Positions 57,653 to 64,000 of a stretch of 64,000 nucleotides of DNA are shown in pieces (within the stretch, counting starts at the first letter, position 1; each line of letters opens with the position of its first letter). The DNA is from an uncultured Gammaproteobacteria bacterium (GTDB lineage Bacteria > Patescibacteriota > Microgenomatia > Levybacterales > UBA12049). The stretch lies in contig CAZKJM010000001.1 in the NCBI GenBank assembly GCA_964553245.1, positions 16,892 to 80,891 of the forward strand. Reading direction: 5' to 3'. The position numbers and the translations under genes were made by a program. Under the pieces are notes generated by a model. That model saw nothing but the letters and a program-made list of their open reading frames with translations, was not told the DNA's origin and ran no database searches.

Positions 57653-58982
57653 GATTTAATCTTATAATATCTGCCCCTAAAGACTTTAGACGTTTTTCAA
57701 AACTTTCATAACCTCTATCTAAATGTTCTATGCCAAAAAGCGTACTTGTTCCCTTAGCTGCTAAAGCTGCTATAACAAGTGTTGCACCTGCTCTTAAATC
57801 TGAAACATCTAAAATTGCATTGTGTAGTAAAGATGATCCTTTAATTTTTGCTGCATGGAAAAAATTTTCATTATCATCGGTAATGTTAAAATTATAAAAC
57901 TTTTTTGGATTTTTTATGTCGGGGTTAAATAATTCTATATCTGCACCCATTTTTTTAAGCTCATTTGTATAGCCAAGTCTATTTTCATATATTGTTTCAT
58001 GAATTACTGAAACTCCCTTCGCTTTTGTCATTAAAATTGCCCATGGACCCTGCCAATCCGTCATAAATCCCGGATAAAAAGCAGTAGAAATTTTTGTTGG
58101 TTTAAGTTCACCTTTGTAAAAAAATCTAATACCGTCGTTTTTTATTTCATATCCACCGTTTGCTTTCTTTAACATTAGCAAAAATTCTTCAAGACCGTTT
58201 TTCTTAATACTTTTAACAAAGACATCTCCTTCTGTAATTATGGAAGCAACGGCTAACGTAACTACTTCGTTCCTGTCCGGGCTTATTTTTAAATTTGCAC
58301 CATGTAATTCATCAACTCCAATAATTTCTATTACCCTGGGCTTTATTCTTTTTACTTTTGCACCCATTTGATTTAAAAAGTTAATTAGTTCATCTACTTC
58401 CGGCTCCTGTGCTGCATTTTCAAGAATTGTCTTTCCATTTGCCAGAACTCCTGCTAGTATCATGGTTTCTGTTCCAGTGTGTGTGTTTTTTATAAATTTA
58501 TATGTAGCACCCTTTAATCTTTTATTTTTCAAAATTGCGTGAAAATAGCCATCCTTACTATCGTAAGTAATTTCCGATCCCATTTTTTCAATTCCCTTAA
58601 CGATTCTATCTATAGGTCTGGCACCAATTCTGCATCCTCCGGGATTTGGAATTACTGCTGAACCAACTCTTGCCAAAATTGGTGCAATAAACATAAACGA
58701 GGTTCTTGTTTCTGCAGCTTTATACAAAAAAATTTTATCGTGCTCAAAGTTTTCCATTTTTATTACCAAAGAATGGTCTTTAAACTCTGCTTCTCCACCA
58801 AGCTGTTTTACAATATCAGCCATTATGTATAAATCAGAAATCAACGGAACGTTTTCGATTACTACTTCTTCTTTTGTTAAACACGCTGCAACAATTGCTT
58901 TTAAAGCAACGTTTTTTGATCCAGACACAGTTGTCGATCCATTTAGTTTTTTGCCGCCTTTAATAACTAATTTTTCAATCAT
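57645..58982 (-). CDS. murA: UDP-GlcNAc 1-carboxyvinyltransferase MurA (Cys-type active site)
   Basis: KLVIKGGKKLNGSTTVSGSKNVALK...NPGGCRIGARPIDR. Start placed at MIEKL (the track ORF starts 13 codons further upstream). Confidence 0.92.
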   Translation of the reverse strand: MIEKLVIKGGKKLNGSTTVSGSKNVALKAIVAACLTKEEVVIENVPLISDLYIMADIVKQLGGEAEFKDHSLVIKMENFEHDKIFLYKAAETRTSFMFIAPILARVGSAVIPNPGGCRIGARPIDRIVKGIEKMGSEITYDSKDGYFHAILKNKRLKGATYKFIKNTHTGTETMILAGVLANGKTILENAAQEPEVDELINFLNQMGAKVKRIKPRVIEIIGVDELHGANLKISPDRNEVVTLAVASIITEGDVFVKSIKKNGLEEFLLMLKKANGGYEIKNDGIRFFYKGELKPTKISTAFYPGFMTDWQGPWAILMTKAKGVSVIHETIYENRLGYTNELKKMGADIELFNPDIKNPKKFYNFNITDDNENFFHAAKIKGSSLLHNAILDVSDLRAGATLVIAALAAKGTSTLFGIEHLDRGYESFEKRLKSLGADIIRLNHE

Positions 58983-60402
58983 ATTTTTTACATAACAAGA
59001 TTTTCCCAATCTTATAAACATCTCCTGCTCCCATTGTTACAAGCAAAATATCTTTTCCGTAGCGTTTTTGTCCGATATATTTTATCACATCGTCAAATTT
59101 TGCAAAAAACTTTATATTATTCTTATGCTTACTAATTTCTAAAAATAGATTTTCCGAAAGATTTTCACTAGGGTCTTGCTCCCGTTCCGATGAAAATATT
59201 TTAATTAAAATGAGCTCATCAGCAACAAAAAATGATCTAGAAAATTGTTCGAACAAACTTTTTGTTCTTGAATATGTATGTGGCTGAAAAACACAAATTA
59301 ATCTCTTTTTAGGATAGATTTGTTTTATGGTCTTAAGACTATTTACAATTTCTGTAGGATGATGGGCATAATCATCGTAAATCAGCATCCCGTATTCTGA
59401 TTCTCCTACATACTCCAAGCGCCTTTTTGATCCCGAAAACATAGACAGACTTTTTTTAATCGAATCTATAGATAAACCAAGTTCAAGTCCAATTATTATC
59501 GAAGGTAATGAATTTAAAACATTAAAATCTCCCGGAACAGATATGGAAAATTCTCCTAAGCTGATATTTTTATAAACAACCCAAAAAAATGTCTTATCAA
59601 TATTACTGCTCGTCTTTGTAATTTTATAATCACAGACATTTGAAAACCCAAATGTAATCTTCTGAGCATCTATACCGGAAAATAATTCTTTTAAAATTTG
59701 ATCATCTCCATTAAAAATAATTAGCTTTCCTTTAAGTTTATCGGCAAAGTTTTTATATGCTTTTTTTATCTCGTCTTCAGATTTGTATAAATCCGGATGA
59801 TCAAAATCAAAGTTAGTAAAAACGGCAATCTCCGGTTCTTGCCACATAAATTTTGGAGTTTTATCATAATTTGGTTCCGTTGCATATTCATCAGCCTCAG
59901 CAACAAAATATTCTCCTTTACCAAAGTGACCAGGAAAACCCAAAGATGAAATACTACTTGTTCCAATAACATAACTTGGATCCATATTGCTGTTTTTAAG
60001 AACTGAGGAGATAATTGCAGACGTTGTTGTTTTTCCGTGACAACCCGTAACAGAAATCCCTTTTAATTTTCTTCCTAGAATTTTTCCTTTCATAAACTCC
60101 CCAACGGCTTGACCTTGCATAAAAACCGGTATTTTAAATTCTCTTGCTGCTACAACCTCTACATTGTTAATTCCATTATGAGCGCCTGTTGCAATTACGT
60201 AATCCAAATCGTCTGAAATATTTTCTTTTTTAAATCCCGTTTTAATGTCTATTTCGTTTTCTTTAAGGATTTCATCTGTTATAAATTCATTTTCCGTGTC
60301 TGAACCTGTTACAATCATCCCCGCCTCTTTGGCAATTATTGCTAGGGGAGTCATACCAACTCCTTTTATACCGACGAAATGAATTTTTTTATGTTTTTTC
60401 AT
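58975..60402 (-). CDS. murC: UDP-N-acetylmuramate-L-alanine ligase MurC
   Basis: N-terminal HFVGIKGVGMTPLA Rossmann domain. GCHGKTTTS P-loop. Confidence 0.9.
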   Translation of the reverse strand: MKKHKKIHFVGIKGVGMTPLAIIAKEAGMIVTGSDTENEFITDEILKENEIDIKTGFKKENISDDLDYVIATGAHNGINNVEVVAAREFKIPVFMQGQAVGEFMKGKILGRKLKGISVTGCHGKTTTSAIISSVLKNSNMDPSYVIGTSSISSLGFPGHFGKGEYFVAEADEYATEPNYDKTPKFMWQEPEIAVFTNFDFDHPDLYKSEDEIKKAYKNFADKLKGKLIIFNGDDQILKELFSGIDAQKITFGFSNVCDYKITKTSSNIDKTFFWVVYKNISLGEFSISVPGDFNVLNSLPSIIIGLELGLSIDSIKKSLSMFSGSKRRLEYVGESEYGMLIYDDYAHHPTEIVNSLKTIKQIYPKKRLICVFQPHTYSRTKSLFEQFSRSFFVADELILIKIFSSEREQDPSENLSENLFLEISKHKNNIKFFAKFDDVIKYIGQKRYGKDILLVTMGAGDVYKIGKILLCKKYD

Positions 60403-61652
60403 TCTTTATCTACCGCTTTGTTTTTAATAGCATTTTTAACCGCTTCATATTCATTCCATGGCTCTTCCCCTTTTCCATAATTCATTGATTTCTCATGGCT
60501 TTTTCCCGTTGTGATAATAACATCGCCTTTTTTTGCAATTGAAACAGCAAAATTTATTGCTTCTTTCCGATCGTTAATCTTAAAATAAATATTCTTATTT
60601 TTTCTGTTATCTTGGTAATTTTTAGTATTTACTAATTTAAAATGTTTTTTTAACCCTTTTTCTATTTCTGAATTAATCATATCTACAGATTCGCTTCTTG
60701 GATCTTCTGCCGTTAATATAATAATGTCTGAAAAAAGAGATGACATTTTTCCCATTTCCGATCTTTTTTCCGTATCTCTTTCCCCCGCAGAGCCAAAAAC
60801 ATGAATAACTCTTCCTTTTGTTTCTTTAGAAACTACAGAAAGAGCATTTTTTAAAGCATTTGGGGTATGAGCAAAATCAACTATTATAGAGAATTCTTTT
60901 TTATAAACCCTTTCCATTCTTCCAATTGGCAATTCAAAAATATTTATCGCCTTTTTAATTAAAGACTCATCAATTCCCAATTCTTTACACACTGCATATG
61001 CTGCTAAGATATTGTATTTGTTAAAATCACCTGTTATTTTTGCCTTAAAATCTGTACTTTTAAGATTAAAATCAGCTTTTAAATTAAGAGAATAAGTAAT
61101 TATTTTTTTATTTTTTACATAGTCGAGTTTTTTTATAATCTCAAACGACTTATCGTCTTTGTTTAAAACAATTTTTTTTGCATTTTTAAACAGTTTTGCT
61201 TTTGTGTTTACATAATTTTCGTAAGTCTTATGATAATCCAAATGCTCATTAGTAACATTTGTAATAACTCCTATTTCATAGTTTATTCCCCAGGTCCTTT
61301 TTTGATCTAAAGCGTGAGAGGTAACTTCTAAAACTAGAAAATTTTTTTGGGATGAATTAGTAATTAAGTCTTTAATCTTTTTTATAAAAGCCTGAAGCTG
61401 CCAAGACGAAGGAGTTGTTACGTGAAATCCAACATCATAATCTTTTCCGTCTATTCTCGCACCAACAGAAGAAATCATTGATGTATTGTATCCGACAAAA
61501 CTTAAAATATGAAAAATTAAATATACCGTAGTTGTTTTTCCATCCGTTCCGGTAACGCCAATTACTTTTAATTTCCTTGAAGGAAATCCGTTTTTAAAAT
61601 TAGATATTAAAGCTATAGCAAAATGGTATAAATTTTTAAATCTTTGCCACAT
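60399..61652 (-). CDS. murE: Mur ligase, MurE-like (UDP-MurNAc-L-Ala-D-Glu:diamino acid ligase), compact form without the N-terminal UDP-binding domain
   Basis: P-loop GVTGTDGKTTT at aa 33. EVTSHAL. PIGRMERV. VDFAHTPNAL (MurE DYAHTPDAL motif). LTAEDPRSE (DNPR-region). Confidence 0.7.
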   Translation of the reverse strand: MWQRFKNLYHFAIALISNFKNGFPSRKLKVIGVTGTDGKTTTVYLIFHILSFVGYNTSMISSVGARIDGKDYDVGFHVTTPSSWQLQAFIKKIKDLITNSSQKNFLVLEVTSHALDQKRTWGINYEIGVITNVTNEHLDYHKTYENYVNTKAKLFKNAKKIVLNKDDKSFEIIKKLDYVKNKKIITYSLNLKADFNLKSTDFKAKITGDFNKYNILAAYAVCKELGIDESLIKKAINIFELPIGRMERVYKKEFSIIVDFAHTPNALKNALSVVSKETKGRVIHVFGSAGERDTEKRSEMGKMSSLFSDIIILTAEDPRSESVDMINSEIEKGLKKHFKLVNTKNYQDNRKNKNIYFKINDRKEAINFAVSIAKKGDVIITTGKSHEKSMNYGKGEEPWNEYEAVKNAIKNKAVDKE

Positions 61653-61717
61653 ACTGGATATTATACCTTTTATAAAAATTCTTTTCGATATTTATGTGGA
61701 AAACAATTAATTGCATA

Positions 61718-63055
61718 TTATGGGGTCAAATTCCTCTTTCTATTCCAAAATTTACCTCTTCTGCATAATTTATTTCTATCTTGAGGATTTTTTAAAAGCA
61801 TCTCGACAACTCTTTCCAAATAAAGAGTATTTTGAGAACTCTTAACAAGAATTAAATCACCGTTTTTAACTTCTCCCAAAATACTATTTTTTGCCTCAGT
61901 AAAATTTAAAAACCATTTATGCTTGAATTTGTTTTTTTGCAATACAGGGCTAGCATATCTTTTCATTAAAGGACCAATTAAAATTGTAAAATCTACTGTA
62001 TTTAAAAGTTTGTCCGCTAAAATTTCGTGAGCCTCCTTACTAAAGCTGCCAAGCTCGCGCATATCTCCTAAAATTGCTATTCTCCTTTGATTTTTACCAA
62101 CTGTTTTTAACATTTCCAAAATATCTAATATTGGAGGAAGTGTTGCGTTATTGTAGGAAGAATCAATAATTTTTGTGTTTTTAATGCCATTGAAAACAGA
62201 CATTCTTCCAGGAGGAAGGGAAAAATTATCTTTAATAATTTTTATTGAATCATTAATCGAAACTCCGCATGTTTTTGCAATAGCAATAGCAAAAACTATT
62301 GTTTTCGCATAGTGAACCGGCAAAAGAGTAGGGACGGTAATTGAATATTTATGTTTTTCATTTACAAAATCTATGGTAAATTTTTCTAATGTATATTTAG
62401 TATTGTTAATATAAAAATCTGCATTTTTGTCTTTTTTTGAAACCGAGATTCTATTTGCTTTTATATCTTCTATTGCATGCTTAATTTTTTCGTCGTCAAT
62501 GTTTAAAAAAGCAGTACCGTTTTTTGGTAATTTTTTAAGAAGCAAAAGCTCCTGGTCGGCGGTAAGCTTGAGCAATTTTTCTTTTCTAGTTTCTGCGTCT
62601 TTACCCATAGCGAGCTTATCAAAATATTGACTGTGTTCATATGAAATATTTGTTAAAACCCCAATGGTGGGATTTATAATTTTTTGTAAATATGTCATAT
62701 TTTTTGGCTCGAGTGGACCATCAATACCCATTTCAGCTACGTAAAACCTATATCTTTTCCAGTTGAACAACAAACAAAAAGGGGCAAGCAATAATACTTT
62801 TATCCAATCAAATATGTTATAACTTCTCATTTTTATGCCTAATATATTAAGCGGGATACCTGTTTCACTATTCATTCCTTCGTTAAAATGAACCTTGTAT
62901 CTTGATGCTAAAATTATTGAAATTAAACTAGACAAAGAGCTCTTACCACTACTTCCCCCGACACCAATTATCAATGGTTTTATTTTTTTTAACTGTAGTT
63001 TTGCCAATGTTTTTAAAAACACTAATATAAATTTTGAAAACTGTTTTTTAATCAT
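61718..63055 (-). CDS. murF: Mur ligase, MurF-like (D-Ala-D-Ala adding enzyme), compact form with P-loop at aa 31
   Basis: GVGGSSGKSS degenerate P-loop. YVAEMGIDGP. PPGRM. IIDSSYNNA (MurF IDDSYNANP). ILGDMRELGSFSKEAH (MurF GDMLELG). Confidence 0.6.
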   Translation of the reverse strand: MIKKQFSKFILVFLKTLAKLQLKKIKPLIIGVGGSSGKSSLSSLISIILASRYKVHFNEGMNSETGIPLNILGIKMRSYNIFDWIKVLLLAPFCLLFNWKRYRFYVAEMGIDGPLEPKNMTYLQKIINPTIGVLTNISYEHSQYFDKLAMGKDAETRKEKLLKLTADQELLLLKKLPKNGTAFLNIDDEKIKHAIEDIKANRISVSKKDKNADFYINNTKYTLEKFTIDFVNEKHKYSITVPTLLPVHYAKTIVFAIAIAKTCGVSINDSIKIIKDNFSLPPGRMSVFNGIKNTKIIDSSYNNATLPPILDILEMLKTVGKNQRRIAILGDMRELGSFSKEAHEILADKLLNTVDFTILIGPLMKRYASPVLQKNKFKHKWFLNFTEAKNSILGEVKNGDLILVKSSQNTLYLERVVEMLLKNPQDRNKLCRRGKFWNRKRNLTP

Positions 63056-63088
63056 GATTAATTTTGTATATTATACCTTATTTTAGCC

Positions 63089-64000
63089 TTATTGTCTTTC
63101 TGGAGAAATCCCATAGTAGGTTAAAATCTCCCTTGCTATTTCAAAAAAAGTCGGAGCAGCGGTTTCTGCTCCGTATATTGAAGTGGTAGGACGATTGTAA
63201 ATTACCAGCATTACAAACCTTGGATCATCTGCCGGAGCAAAACCGACAAAAGAAGCTATCGTATGCGTAGGATCATAATGTCCTTTTATGGGAATAGACG
63301 CCGTGCCTGTTTTCCCTGCTATCCTGTAACCTTTTGGCTTTGCCCACGCTGCCTCTCCTTTATCAACTGCATTAACCATCATCTCAGTCATTATTTTAGC
63401 CGTTTCCTCATTTATAGGGCTTCCTAGAGCCTTTGGAAATACCTTGGTAAGCGTTCCATCAAAAGATTCAACTGCTGATACAACGTGCGGTTCCATTCTT
63501 TTGCCATTATTCGCAATCGCAGAAATTGCGGAAAGAATCTGTATTGGAGTCACGGAAATACCCTGACCAAATGCTGCTGTTGCAACATCAACAGGATACC
63601 ATGTTTTATCTTCTAAATTAGAAGTTGCTTCTCCTTGAAGATCTATACCCGAAAGCTCACCAATTCCAAATTTTTTAAGATAGTTAAACATTTTTTCATA
63701 GCCAAGTTTTTGCGAAACATAAACCATACCAGTATTGTCCGAATGTTGAATGATTTCCGTCATATTAATATCTTTGTAATATTTATCATTCCATGTATGA
63801 ATAACATAATCTCCTATTGTGACCGGACCCGAACAAACAGGACATTTAGTTAGAGGTTTTACTAATTTTGCATCCAAGGCAGCGGACATAATAATTGGTT
63901 TAAAAGTCGAACCTGGTTCATAAAGATCAGTAATAAAAGGGTTTTTGTATAAATCATCCGAATAATCCTGATAGGATTTAGGATCAAATGTCGGAAATGA
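63089..64000 (-). CDS. Penicillin-binding protein transpeptidase domain (FtsI/PBP2-like); gene continues beyond the window end (N-terminus missing)
   Basis: Minus-strand frame is open to position 64000. Read upstream of the track ATG it gives ...YEPGSTFKPIIMSAALD (SxxK). HSDNTG (SxN). AGKTGTA (KTG). Confidence 0.85.
   Translation of the reverse strand, partial: SFPTFDPKSYQDYSDDLYKNPFITDLYEPGSTFKPIIMSAALDAKLVKPLTKCPVCSGPVTIGDYVIHTWNDKYYKDINMTEIIQHSDNTGMVYVSQKLGYEKMFNYLKKFGIGELSGIDLQGEATSNLEDKTWYPVDVATAAFGQGISVTPIQILSAISAIANNGKRMEPHVVSAVESFDGTLTKVFPKALGSPINEETAKIMTEMMVNAVDKGEAAWAKPKGYRIAGKTGTASIPIKGHYDPTHTIASFVGFAPADDPRFVMLVIYNRPTTSIYGAETAAPTFFEIAREILTYYGISPERQ

Overview
This is a very AT-rich window from a small-genome bacterium. 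Its gene content (MurT/GatD, GatCAB, compact Mur ligases, no outer-membrane genes) is consistent with a monoderm, Patescibacteria/CPR-like organism that uses the standard genetic code, since TGA acts as a stop. Around 80% of the window is conserved housekeeping. It has two core blocks.

Core block 1 (1-15083):
- 3' end of murT, then gatD, gatC, gatA, gatB.
- A standalone GGDEF diguanylate cyclase.
- dnaE.
- A canonical F1Fo ATP synthase operon, atpBEFHAGDC, preceded by a TTGACT-N17-TAAAAT promoter.
- tRNA-Thr(CGU).

Core block 2 (43656-64000):
- tRNA-Val(CAC) on the minus strand, lepB, an orphan parB, rpmA, rplU, a SEDS protein and ileS.
- A half-size MFS protein.
- A minus-strand division/cell-wall cluster in the order ftsZ, ftsA, ftsQ-like, murG, ftsW, mraY, glmU-like (N-terminal domain only), murA, murC, murE, murF-like.
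- The transpeptidase half of a PBP that runs off the window edge.

Between the two tRNA genes lies a ~28.6 kb accessory island (15088-43644), with no mobility genes, devoted to surface glycoconjugate synthesis. It contains:
- a Wzx-like flippase and a Wzy_C (O-antigen-ligase-like) protein;
- at least six very large polytopic GT-C-like membrane proteins, two of them fused to cytoplasmic GT2 domains;
- three short DPM1-type polyprenol-phosphate sugar synthases and two GT4 enzymes;
- a CapE/CapF/CapG-like UDP-6-deoxy-HexNAc trio;
- a TylCIII-like C-methyltransferase and three further SAM methyltransferases;
- a membrane-anchored Ig-like protein;
- a secreted lectin-fold plus C39-like cysteine-peptidase protein.

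This island is the best candidate in the window for an undescribed system: a cell-envelope glycosylation/methylation machinery. I found no CRISPR array, transposase, integrase or defence-system genes.
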